47,736 nucleotides of DNA from Hydrolagus colliei (taxonomy: Eukaryota). A program made the translations under genes and the position numbers. Of the stretch, positions 1 through 11,180 are shown piece by piece (position 1 is the first letter of the stretch; every line of letters starts with the position of its first letter). Below the pieces are notes generated by a model. The model saw nothing but the letters and a program-made list of their open reading frames with translations. It was not told where the DNA came from and did no database searches. Location of the stretch: contig CM068745.1 of the NCBI GenBank assembly GCA_035084275.1, forward strand, positions 40,068,265-40,116,000, written 5' to 3'.

Positions 1-79
1 GAGGAGAGAGACACCGAGACACAGACAGGAAAACACAGAGATGGAGAGAGTGAGTGTGAGAGACACAGAGAGAGAGAGA
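1..79. repeat. Degenerate (GA)n/(GACA)n microsatellite
   Basis: Visible GA/CA dinucleotide periodicity. Confidence 0.8.
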
Positions 80-256
80 TATTTACCTCCTGAGGAGATA
101 GGCCTCGAATGCGCTCGCACCTCTGAATGCGCTCGCAACTCGCGACACGCACCCATGCGCAGTACGAAAACCCCGAAAATATAGATATATCAGTATATCT
201 TGATATGAGCCCATCGATATATCTAAATTGGAAAATTTCCATATCGACGGACCCTA
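1..256. mobile_element. Right end of a non-autonomous hAT-like DNA transposon, truncated by the window edge
   Basis: Ends in ATATCGACGGACCCTA (241-256). Shares the GAATGCGCNCGCAC repeats, GATATGAGCCCA and GGAAAATTTCCATATCGAC with the element at 41803-42214. Confidence 0.7.
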
Positions 257-1245
257 CTGTACAGTATAAATTGTTTTCAGTATTATTTTGACTGACTAAA
301 AAATCTGAGATTTATTATAATTCATAAGTTTCCTTTGATTGAATTTCTTCAATTTGATATTTGTCATTCCACCCTCAAGAGAATATGCTTTTTTTTAAAG
401 TAATGTTCAGCACTTGATCTTTCAGTCACTGAAATTTGAAAGAGAAATTTCAAATGCCACGTTGTTTCAATGTATTTTGTTGTTTCACTGTGAGTAATTT
501 TGCCATATAAAATCATTGTATTGGGTTCTTCTATACCTTGTCTCTGAACGTATTCTTTAACAACAGTGAAACCTTGAAAGTAAATGTTTACGTTCTAGGC
601 AATGCTGTGTAGACATTGCATTATGTGATGTAATGAAGTAGAGAGAAACATGATATAAATATTTAAAAATTATTGCTGCATTTTCAATTTGTTCAACTTG
701 TTCACTGCATTATCAAATGCACGGATTATTAGTATTTAATGGCGCCTACAAAAATGTAATGAATGAGTTAACAGTTTAAACTGTAATCTGTTCATAATCT
801 TACTGAACTATTGACTATGCAGATAGCTGGGATCCCCATGTGCTTGGCATTAGATTTGTATGTAGGTGCTTTTTGGATGGAATAATGAAAGTTAATTGAA
901 AGTTAACATCTATCACTGAAATAAGTCAATGTACACAGTACTTAATCTAGTTTGTGCTATACAGTATCACTACACCAAGTTGCTCAAATTGAAGTGTGAG
1001 CTATAAATGCTGAGATTTGACAAGAAACTAAATTTCAATAACTTTTTTTATTATCAACAACTTAATTCTTATTCTTAAAATACAGCAAAACTGTTCCACA
1101 CAATTCGTCAGTAATTTTTAGCTAGTTTTGTTGTGTCTTGAGGTTGGATTCTCACTACTTTGTACATATCCAAGGACTATATTATATTTTAGTCACATTC
1201 AATGTCAATAAAATAGTGGGATGAGTCAAAATCACAATAGATGTT

Positions 1246-1426
1246 AAATAAAAACAGAATCGCTGAGAACACCCAGCAGGTCAGGCTGTTCTGATGAAGA
1301 GTCGTGGACCCGAAACGTTGACTCACTTTTCCTTTCTCCATAGATATTGCCTGACCTGCTGAGTATTCCCAGTGATTTCTGTTTTTGTTTCAGATTTCCA
1401 GCATCTGCAGTATTTTGCGTTTTTGC
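1246..1426 (+). mobile_element. Short Penelope-like (PLE)-derived retroelement with an inverted 5' segment
   Basis: Perfect 13-bp TSD CACAATAGATGTT (1233-1245 and 1427-1439). 1250-1286 is an inverted copy of about 1348-1386. Contains CTGATGA...GAAACGTT and the pseudo-LTR-type tail TTTCCAGCATCTGCAGTATTTTGC. Confidence 0.75.
1286..1325 (+). ncRNA. Minimal type I hammerhead-ribozyme-like motif (degenerate)
   Basis: gtt-CTGATGA-A-GAGTC-gtg-GACCC-GAAAC-GTT-gac. Catalytic boxes are intact. Stem II has 4/5 pairs, stem III is loop-less (AC/GT), stem I is about 3 bp. Confidence 0.6.
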
Positions 1427-1594
1427 CACAATAGATGTTCCCTGGTTACATACTGCCCCGCATAGTTTGTGAATTTATTGTAGTGCACATCTAACAATAA
1501 CGACACTACTGATCAATGGGGACTTAAAATAAGCTCAAAGATGGGAAAACAGGCACATTATCAATATCAAAGCTGTATTTTGAAAGCTAACTGA

Positions 1595-1772
1595 GCCCCC
1601 TCTCTATGTGCCTTTAAAACCCATCTAATAATCTTTACTACTACACCTATGGCAGCCACTTTTCCCCACTCATCTTCTCCCCCTTCCTTGCTCAACATCT
1701 GACCTGGTAATTATGAAGCACTCTGAGAATACTATGTTAAGCACACTGTATAAATCCATGTTGTTGCTGCTG
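1595..1772 (+). mobile_element. Old L2 LINE 3' end
   Basis: Pyrimidine-rich 3' UTR, then GAAGCACTCTGAGA...TATAAAT and a (TTG)n-like tail. Confidence 0.5.
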
Positions 1773-3434
1773 CATAGTATTATATTTATTTCATTGTTCC
1801 TCACTGCTGCACCAGGCAACCCGCTGCTTAACAATAAAAATGAAATCCAAACCAGTTAGCCAAGCTAAAATTGCCTTCAAATATATTTTAGCAAGTATTT
1901 TAAGCTGAATAACTTGATGTACAGTAGTATAATAACTGTACAAATTATGCAGAATTTTTGTATACTCGCAAATGACTCAATCTCTGGCTTTGTCATTTCT
2001 TTAACACAAAGGAGTCATTTATTTCCTCAAAGTCAGCATTCTGGTGTATATTCAGACTTGCTAACTCTCATTCACAGAGCACAGTCACTCATCTTGATGG
2101 AAATATACGACCATATTTGATATATGTGACTCCTAAAGTTAAACACCACTCCATATGTTAAGTGACTTGAATCTCTGTCATTCTTGATGTTTGTGACAAC
2201 CCCAATATATTATGGAGAATCAGGCAGACATAAACTCAGATATATCTTCTTTTATTATCCGCAGACTAAATCATATTGAACATGATAATGAAACAACTAT
2301 CACCTCAGTCTTTACAGAAATTTGAATGCTGAATTAAAATCACCACTATGTTATAGTCTATGGGTCGGTCATAGTGCAAATCCAAATACAGGAGGTGTTA
2401 GCAGCAATGTTATATGTATATTAACTATTATTGTTTTATTTTTTGACACAATAGTTGAGAAATATAGTGGCAAAAGTATATTGAAAATACAATACAAAGC
2501 ATAACATACTGTATCTTCAAGACATCAATTAGTCTGTAATTACTTTGGCTTGTATGTTTGATTGCTTGTATTCAGTTCTCTCTCCAGTTTTGAGATTTAA
2601 TTAGCTTTTCAATTTTCGCGGAGACAGTAATTAATGAGACACTTAGTTTGGGTTCCCTCCAAAGATGCAGTTGTCTGGAGACTGTGAGTTTAAACCACCT
2701 GGGACTAACTGATTTAAAGTCAATGGGGATTGTTTTCTGGATTAACTGATGTAGTTTTTCTTGATGCAGCCTTTGTTCAAGAATATCTATTTATCTAAGC
2801 AGGACAGTTCTGATTGGAGATAAACTATTTTTTGTTTAAAGTGCACTCATATATTAAGAGGACAAAGTATTGAAAATGAGGGGAGGAGGGAGAGCAAGAA
2901 TGGGTGCAAGAGGAGAACCTTTCCTCTTACAGCTGCTCAGCACAATAATGCTCGTAATTTTTTATCAGACGTATTGCAGTACAATCCAGGCAAAGCAAGC
3001 TCCTGCTTCACTAACATTGCTCTGACAATGCAAGTAATTTGTTATGCCAGTCACAACACTGGGTAATCTTTCCATTTAACCCGCTCAGTGCTGATACTAC
3101 TGAAACCCATTTCATATCCAAAGCTACAGAGATAAAATGGAGAGAATTCTATTTTTAAATTGCCCATCTTTTGGGCTAAGGTTAGATTCTTTCAGCTGAA
3201 AGATATCCTGCATTTTTTTCCACATTGGCTCTGGGTGCACAATTTGGTCTATTACTGTCCCTGAACTCGTCCATTTCAAATATTTTTACCCCCCAAAAAA
3301 AAACTTATTCAAATGCCTTATGTTTGGAATGAAATTGCGCACCCCCCTTGCTTTCAAGTATTATATAATAAGTTTAAACAAATAGTCTGTTTGTGGTAAG
3401 TGGATTACATCCATGGTATAGTCCATGGCTTCAT

Positions 3435-3625
3435 AGCTATTTGTGGGCCATGGCTGTGTGCAATTGTCTGCCACATTCACCCGCAAAAACTCAATTATTC
3501 CAAATTACAGTATATTTTGTGATTATCTCACGAAATCCTCCTGATGTGAAAGAGGGCTTTGATAAATTGCGCCAAATGGCAGCCAAATTACACACAGCAG
3601 TGTCGCACAAACAATCGTGGAAATG
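3435..3625. mobile_element. Two Deu-type SINE core fragments in opposite orientation
   Basis: TTTGTGGGCCATGGCTGTGTGCAATTGTCTGCC (+, about 3440) faces GGCAGCCAAATTACACACAGCAGTGTCGCACAAAC (-, about 3580). Confidence 0.65.
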
Positions 3626-3862
3626 GGGTCAGGTGAGAAAGGGGGCAAAGAGGATAAGGGGGAGAGGGAGGTGAAGGTGGGGAACAATCAGACAGGAAAA
3701 GTGGGGAGAAAGGGAGGGCAAGGGAGAGAGGGAGGGAAAGGTGGGTGGGGGGCAAAATCAGGGAGAAAGTGGCGCAAGAGGGAAGAGGGAGAGAAGGGGA
3801 AAAGGGGAGAGAGAAAGTGGGGAAAGGGGGGCAGGGGGGAAAGGCCAGGGGGCATGGGGGGA
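3625..3862. repeat. Purine (G/A)-rich low-complexity tract
   Basis: About 240 nt, mostly G/A, with many GGG or longer runs. Confidence 0.85.
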
Positions 3863-3865
3863 AAT

Positions 3866-3945
3866 GAAACAACAACAATAAACAACAAAATCAACAATAA
3901 TAAACAACAAAAGCAATAATATTAACAACCAAAACAATCAAAAAT
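3866..3945. repeat. Degenerate (AAC)n/(AAT)n tract
   Basis: AACAACAACAATAAACAACAAAATCAACAATAATAAACAAC. Confidence 0.8.
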
Positions 3946-4049
3946 AGTCCAGCAACTGCTCCTTGTCCTCACCGCCCGCCCGGACGAGCTTCAAAATGGT
4001 GGGAAAACAGGGTCCAGTGTGGCGACAGGCCCGAAAACCGACTGGCTCC

Positions 4050-4312
4050 TCAGCTGGTGTACCCGGCCACGTGGTGATGGCCCTAGAGCCTCGGACACGA
4101 CGTCTCTGGCCAGTTCGTCCAGCAGCAGCAGTCCGATCGCCGTCTGGATCTCCCGCGACGAGATGATCTGCCACTTGCAGCACCAGACTAGGTGAAAGGC
4201 CTCACAGGCGAACAGCTTGAAGATGTTGCTGTCGGGCGAGTTCACCTCGCCCATGGCCAACGACAACGACAAATGCAGCTGTACGTGTATTTTCAAGGGT
4301 ATATAAATCTCA
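4050..4312 (-). pseudogene. H2B: Histone H2B-like pseudogene (histone fold and C-terminal helix, frameshifted, no N-terminal tail)
   Basis: AMGEVNSPDSNIFKLFACEAFHLVWCCKWQIISSREIQTAIGLLLLDELARDVVSE aligns without gaps to canonical [56 protein letters not shown] (29/56 identical by hand). After frameshifts come GSRAIT (~GTKAVT) and YTS-stop (TACACCAGCTGA). Confidence 0.85.
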
Positions 4313-4527
4313 CGGTTTACTTTGCCCCAAATAAGGAAATTTCAAGGACTTCAGATTCACAATGTATGGAACTTCCGTTGGTCTAAAAATATGTTTTCTA
4401 TTTAATTATTTGGAACTTTGCGATATATGAAAGATGTGTTGAGCCCAGAAGCATGAGTCCAAAATTGTTACTTCGCAAAACATATCATGTAACAGCTTTA
4501 AATCAATGCATCTGTCCAAAAAAAAAG

Positions 4528-4596
4528 TTTCAGCGCCTTGGGACGTACTCCTGACGTGAAAGGAGTTACAAATGTAATTTTTCTGTTGTTGTTGTT
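4528..4596 (+). mobile_element. L2 3' terminal fragment
   Basis: TTCAGCGCCTTGGGACGT...GACGTGAAAGG...AAATGTAATTTT(TTG)n. Confidence 0.75.
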
Positions 4597-5014
4597 CATT
4601 CTGTAGCTCCCTATTTGTCTTTTCTGCCTGATGTTTGCTTGATTTCTGATAAGATTCAGTAAAGGCTTTGTATGCTTAGATTTTGGAGTCCTTGACTACC
4701 TGTCAGAAAGAAACATTGTATGGTTTTAATGAGTTAACACCTCTTTGAGGCACTGTTACTCCACTCATCTATGAATTCTATATACAGTAGTAGAATGTGA
4801 CACTGAGTTCCTGAGTGTAACAACTAAAATATTATAATATACCATGTGAATTCAGAGTGTAAATAGTGCATTATGCCAGAAACTAGATCACCAAATGAAA
4901 TACAGTATAGAAATTTGCAGCAGGTCATTCTGCAGCTGAAGAAGAAAAGCATGTTATTGCTTTGGGATGAACCTTTATTCTGCCAACAATGAGTTTGTGA
5001 GAAGGCTGTACGAA

Positions 5015-5606
5015 CACGTCCCACACTGGGGACTTGAACTCACATAGTCTAAGCTGACACTCCAATGCAGTGCTGGTGAGATGTTGCATTGTCAGAGATT
5101 TTGGATGAGACATTAAACAAAGATCCGGTCTTCCTGTTCAAGTGGCCATTACAGATCCTATGGCTCTATTCATGAAGTGAAGGGAGTTCTTCTGGTGACC
5201 TCCACCAAATAAAATTAGACACTCACTCCATGGCTGTTTGTGGGACATTGCTGTGTGCAATTGGCGGCCATGGTTGCCTGCAATTATGCAATCACTCCAT
5301 TTCACAGTACAGTAAAAGCCTGTTTATCCGGCACCCTCAGGACCTGGTCAATGCCGGTTAAAGTACGTGCTGGATATTCGGCCGAAAACACAAAAAATAA
5401 AGTTTTAATTTTTAAAAATGCATTGTGCCGGATAAATTCCGGTTAATCGAATGTGGACCGTTTTTTTGGGAGGTACCGGTTATACGGAAGTTACGGTTGA
5501 TCGGGTTATGGATAAACAGGCTTTTACTGTAATACCTGTGACGTGCTTTGAGATGTCATTCCAATGTGATGAGGTACAATACCAAATGAAAGGATTATTA
5601 TTATTA
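5015..5606 (+). mobile_element. Deu-domain SINE (SacSINE1-like) interrupted by a MITE
   Basis: GGATGAGACATTAAAC, AGATCCTATGGC, GCTGTTTGTGGGACATTGCTGTGTGCAATTGGC and a GGATTATTATT tail. The sequence resumes after 5531. Confidence 0.7.
5310..5529. mobile_element. Tc1/mariner (Tigger/pogo-like) MITE, 220 bp
   Basis: Perfect 20-bp TIRs CAGTAAAAGCCTGTTTATCC / GGATAAACAGGCTTTTACTG with a TA TSD (5308-5309, 5530-5531). Internal CCGG(A/T)TA subterminal repeats. Confidence 0.9.
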
Positions 5607-5894
5607 CTCTTATTTCTCCCGTGACATGCTTAATATCAGGATCCATCTGAATTGGTATCATCAGCACTTTTTAATTTATTGGAAATAGATTTGAATTAAC
5701 TTAAAAAACTGGAAGACTTTAACTATCTCCAAATCATCAGTAGACCATAGTTATAGCAATTTGAAGCAACCCTTTTGGTAAATTCAGTTTTCTTAGAGAT
5801 ACGAGATTTTCTTATAGGACTGTCTATAAAATTTGTTTGTTAATCCTCAACTTGAAATTTTGTAGGCATGGCACATGTCATTTATTGCTGTCAA

Positions 5895-5975
5895 TCAACA
5901 ACAACAACTTCTATTTATATTGTGCCCTCCACGCCGGTCAGCGTCTCAGAGCACTTCACAATGACGGATCAGAGA
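5895..5975 (-). mobile_element. L2 3' terminal fragment (second tail type)
   Basis: (AAC)n followed by the reverse complement of GTGAAGTGCTCTGAGACGCTGACCGGCGTGGAGGGCAC. Same type as 36490-36637. Confidence 0.7.
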
Positions 5976-6094
5976 ACATTGGCAAAGAAACTGTACGAGT
6001 ATCACGCCTCGCTAATAATAGAATTTTACTCTATTTATTAGAATTCTGAATCTGGAAATTATGTTTACTATTTGCTATGTAAAAGGCACCAATT

Positions 6095-6300
6095 TGGATG
6101 GAATGTTAAATCAAGGTCCCAACAGCTTGCTCAGGTGGATGTTAAAGATCCCATGTCACAATTAAAGATCAAAAGTGGGGTTCTCCAAGTGTGTTGGTCA
6201 ACAATCCCGCAAACAAAATGGGTCAGTCATTTCACTGCTGTTTGTGGGATTTTGCTGTGTGTAATTCTGCTGCTACATTTGCTGACCAACACACGGTCAC
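6095..6300 (+). mobile_element. Deu-domain SINE fragment
   Basis: GGATGGAATGTTAAATC, AGGTGGATGTTAAAGATCCCATG, CTGCTGTTTGTGGGATTTTGCTGTGTG. Confidence 0.7.
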
Positions 6301-6557
6301 AATAATTTCTGTGAAGCTCGCATGCGGGGATTCTAAGCAGCAACAGTTAGTGTGTTTTTTCAAAAATAGTTTTTATATTTCACCTTCTCTATTATCACTC
6401 CCCCGACAGAAACCATTTAATAAAATGTATATTTTCATGTTAAAAAATTAAAAAAACAAAATGCAGTGAAATAAGGCAGGCAGTATCTGTGAGAAAGATA
6501 GTGTGGACATTTTGTGGACAAGGTTTCATTACAGTGGGTTAGAGAATCCTTTTAATA

Positions 6558-7015
6558 ACTACAACAACATTACATTTCTAAAGCACCTTTCATATTGGGA
6601 AGACGTTCCAAGGCGCTGAACTGTCAGATTGGGACCCGAGCAAAGGAGAGGGGCAGAATAGGGGGAGGGGCAGGGTAGTGGGGAGGGGCAGGAGAGAGTT
6701 AAGAGAGGAAGGAGAGAGTTGGAGGGCAGCAGAAGGCGCGATCGAAAAGGAGGGTCTTGAGACCGGCCTTGAAGGATGCAAGGGATGAAACAAAGCAAAC
6801 GGACTGCAGGATGAAGTTCCAGAGTGTGGAGAGAGGCTAAAAGCCTAAAAGCCCATCCACCGATGCTTGGAAGGGTCGGGCGGGGGACGTGGAGCAGACG
6901 GAGCCCACTTAATGGAGGGGGCGAGCAGGTTCATAAGGGGACAGCAGGTTAGGGTGAATGGTATTGAAAGTGAGGAATGTGTGACTTATGTTGAAAGTGA
7001 AGGTAAAGGAGAAGT
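6558..7015 (-). mobile_element. L2 LINE 3' region
   Basis: (AAC)n tail, AGCACCTTTCA...CCAAGGCGCTGAA, a purine-rich UTR, GAGGGTCTTGAG and GAGTTCCA-type ORF2 C-terminal remnants. Confidence 0.8.
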
Positions 7016-8899
7016 TCAAGACTAAATCACTGAACTCACACATGGCTATTGGCCATATATATATAGTATTCTGAAATGTTAAAATACTTAGAGAAGTGCT
7101 GCATTGTTGACACAAGTGTGAAATTTGAGTACTATTCTGTGAAAAAAAATTGCATTCAATAAATTTTTAATTCACTTCTATTTTTATCACTTTTATCGTA
7201 CCCTCTCAGACACCCAGGTTATGGTATGTTCACTATGGCTTCCTTTGGATGAATTGAATCCAAAACTCTACAGTGTGGGACAACTGAAAGAACTTTTGAA
7301 GGTCATTGCTGACATATTATTCCATTTACTGATTTGATATGCAACTGTATTAATTTTTCTCCTCTTAAGATCATTCCTGCATTTGTCAGCGCTTGTCAGG
7401 GGTAGGACTGCCTTTCCAAAATACTCTATAATTGAAAGCCTTCTTTCAATTAGAAGGATGTGAATCTATTTTCACTCTAGATTTACCACTCTGCATCTAA
7501 CAGAACTTGAGAGCAGCATCTTGGCTGCTTTCTCATAGTTATCTGACTTCTAAGATTGCGGTGGAATGATCTTGGAATAACTGATGCTCTTCTTTTTGAG
7601 CTCCTATCATACCTATGGTTGTAAATGCAGTATTGAAATCCTTGTGTGGATTTGTCTGAATTCAAATAATCTCCACTGGACCTATTCTGTTGTTGAGTTC
7701 TGATTTACCACAAAGAGCTAAGAGAACACCCCAAATTCCAACATGTACAAATGCGTCTGCTCATTTAGAATCCAAGTTTAATTCTTCATAACTATTGATG
7801 TGCCAATAGAGCATTCCGAGTGATGAATAAGCTAATATCAAATATCCATTGCAAATTTTGATTCAATATATGGCTAGGTTATCTTGTGCTATCTGCAGCC
7901 AATGGTACTCCTTTATACAAATAAACCTATCGCAGTTTGTTTTTTGAGGTGAAAAGTATTGAACAGATTTATTTATTTGCAATAATGGCAATGATGACAA
8001 CAGTATTCTTCCATTTTAAACTGAAATTCTATTATGAAATATTCTATTTATATTAAATTACAGTACACCGATATTAACAGGTATAGAACAAAGGTACTAT
8101 TTATGTGAACAATACTGAAAATATGCACATTTAAAAATTATTATAGCTTATACTTTAACTCTTTAAATTCAGTATTACACTTTTAAAATGTACGGGGTGA
8201 TGGGAACTGTTCATGGGCAGGTGTTGAAAAGAGGATGTCATTGCCACTCATTAAACAGTCACAGGCCGAACAAATCCATTGTGGGCCTCAATGGAGATCC
8301 TCAGACCCCAAGATCATATTTATTCACTATGTGGGTTAAGTTTCTATTTGTATCTTAAATTTGAACCAGTTCTACCTTCTAAGTCCCACTTCACATTTTT
8401 TCACAACTATCAACAGTTGTATTTTAACTGAAGCCAGTACAATACTGGTGAAGTAAAATATAGTGCGGCTACTTTATTTAAGGTGGATTAACTGATAGGA
8501 TAGATACTGATGTTCTGAGCAAATAATTAGTGGCCCACATGTAGAATTTTAGAGAGGCTGAGTGCAATTCACTGGTTGCCAATACAGTGAATACCTTTTA
8601 TAATGCAGTCATCTGGGTTCAATATCTCACAGGCTACTTTACAACAAAGAACAAAAAGTCAAACTTCTGAGTTATCAGGTTGCTAATGACATAGATTCCT
8701 GTGTTTTGCATGAATACACCCTCTACACTGTAAACACTGACTTCATGAAGTTCAACCTCAGTCACCGTCTCTCAGTAATAAGTATCTCCCTAGGTTTGCT
8801 TGGAACTTTGCTTCTTTTCAATTGTAAATCAGTCTCAGAGAGTATCTTCATCTGAAGGCTTTGACTTGATCTTTTATACTTGGATCCTTAGATCAACTT

Positions 8900-9165
8900 G
8901 GTTAGCTCCAATCTCCTACTTCTCCCCCATCCTCTCCTCTATAAGCAGCTGTGCTTTCAGCTTTCAATCCCTGAAATGTTTGGAACTTTCTCCCTCAATC
9001 CCTCCAAACCTCTCCTTCCACAGTTTCAAATCGCCTCTGAAGACCTTCCTATTTGATTGTGCCTATGGTCATCTCCCCGTCAGGTTCTGTGATTGCGAGG
9101 TGCTCTGAGATATGACATTGAGTTAAGGGTGTTGTATGAGTGCAAGTTGTTGTTGTTATTGTTGC
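8900..9165 (+). mobile_element. L2 LINE 3' region
   Basis: GCTTTCAGC...TGGAACT...CTGAAGACCTTCCTATTTGA (LKTFLF) and a (TTG)n tail. Confidence 0.75.
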
Positions 9166-9876
9166 ATCCTTCCTGATGAGGATCAAATATGAGGAAATGA
9201 TTCTGAGAAGAACAAAAAAAACCTTGCAACTTGTAGTGAGCAGCAGCACTCAAACCAAAGTAAACCAAATAAATCCATACTCCCGGCTTTGTGGATGACA
9301 TCAAACTAGCTGCAGTCTAGTCTGTGGTTGGTACCTGATAACCGTTTGTGAATATAATGTTTTGATTAAATACTGAGTGTTACTGCTTTTAAGATGAAAT
9401 CTGCACAAATGTTTCTGACTATTAGGCTTGCAAGAACATATAGATTTTAAGGTTAACCTTTTTAGCATCCAATTTTTTTGGGGGGTGAAGGTGGAGTGGA
9501 ATTCAATCTGATTAAAGTTGCACGTTCATTGAAATATAACAGACTATATGTACCATATTTACATGCACAGAATGCATTGATTTTCTTTTGACATTGATAT
9601 ATCTTCGGTGCATACAAAACCTATTAACAATCGGACAGCAATTTCCTACTGCAAAGGTCTTCTCCACATTTATAGCTGACTATTGCCAGTACCAAGGGTT
9701 CTTGCCCACAATCATATCACATTAAAAACCAAGGCCACTATTCCAGTATGGGTCTCCTAATAATTTATAAAAAATCAACTCGCTTGAGTTCGCTTGAGGG
9801 AGAAAATGTTTGCTCAGTCTTAATCAGACAGAAGCATTGGAAGTTTTTCTTAATGGTTATATTCAGGAATGCTTAT

Positions 9877-9948
9877 CATAATAATAATCGTTACATTTAT
9901 ATCGCGCTTTCCACGTCTTATCGACGTCTCAAAGCGCTTCACAGAATA
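9877..9948 (-). mobile_element. SINE 3' tail (L2-related), followed by a purine-rich tract
   Basis: Reverse complement reads GTGAAGCGCTTTGAGACGTCGATAAGACGTGGAAAGCGCGATATAAATG...(ATT)n. Confidence 0.75.
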
Positions 9949-10848
9949 CAACAACATCCCAAGGTTGGGACCAGAGCAGCGGTGGGGAGGGAGAAGACAA
10001 GAGGGAAGAAAGGGGGGAAAAGTGGGGGAGGGGTCATGGTTGGGGGAAGGAAAGTAGGAAAATTGATTGTATATTTGTGGGAGAAAAAATGTTTTATGTT
10101 CATCTGACACGAGCATGGGAAACCAGGGAGGATAATTTTTTTTTCTTACCCTTTCAGAGTGTGCAAATTTTGCACTATACTTGATTTCAGTCTCAATATT
10201 GAAGCTGGATTTCCTCAGGAGAACAAGAAACTGGGCTTCAAAATTAATATTTGATTTCAGATCTGTTCAATTTGCATGCCTTAAAATGTAGAGAAGACAA
10301 ACGTTTAGACTCAGTGGAATTTCTGCCACCAGAGTTCTTCGTACAATATTTTGATGATACTCCATCTTATGGTTAGACAATACTGATACTGTCTGAACTC
10401 AATATCCATTTGCACTCCAACTCAAACAATAAAATGCCAGACAAGTAACCACCAACAAAAACAGCCATTCAACATATTCACGATGTACATCAAGGTTGAC
10501 TGTCTTTCAAAGTCTTATAAAAATCACGTGCCATTGTAACTGAAGATGTAATTATTGAATGATAAAATACCTTATTCACAATTCCTATTGAATGACTAAT
10601 TTAGATTTGTCTTAGTTAACTCACAGATGTAGATTAACAATCACAAGGTTAAAATTGGTTGCATAATATGAAACTGTATTTTCAACCACTGTATTATACT
10701 CATTCAATAATAATGCACTTTGAATGGGAGCCAAACTAATATTTCGCAGTTGCTTGCTCCACTGTAATACAGGTTGTTTAGGAAAATTGAAGTGAGAAAT
10801 TAGTTTTATGTCCTTTGTTGATGCTGTATATAAAGGGTATTGTTTTTG

Positions 10849-11180
10849 AACAACAACAAAATTACATTTGTATAGCATCTTTCATGTCAGGAAGATGACC
10901 CAAGTTGTTGGACAGTCAGGTTTCAGATCCGAGCTGGGGTTGGGATCAGGGATGGTGGAGGAAAGTGGAGGAGGGCAGGTGACCAATGGCAAGGTCAAAG
11001 AGGAGCATCTTGAGGCGATACTTGAAGGAGGCTAGATAGATTGTAAGGTGGATGGATTACGGGATGGAATTTCAAAGGTTGCGGGGCAGAGTGGCTGAAG
11101 GCTTTCCCCCCAATGATGGGGTGTGTGGGTCAGGGTATGTGGAACAGACCGGAGCCCACTGAGCAGAGGGAATGGACAGT
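10849..11180 (-). mobile_element. L2 LINE 3' region
   Basis: AACAACAACAAAATTACATTTGTATAGC tail, colinear with 6558-7015. Confidence 0.75.

Noticed and set aside
3588-3919. Pro/Gly/Lys-rich ORFs on both strands
   Set aside because: They arise from the low-complexity purine tract.
3938-4183. Overlapping GC-rich ORFs (3938-4183 minus, 3963-4166 plus)
   Set aside because: Alternate or antisense frames of the H2B-like pseudogene; only GSRAIT is homologous.
7483-7680. Minus-strand open frame ending at a GT
   Set aside because: Poor acceptor with no pyrimidine tract, and no recognisable protein.
10137-10255. Strong plus-strand acceptor TTTTCTTACCCTTTCAG
   Set aside because: No good donor before stop codons; peptide not recognised.
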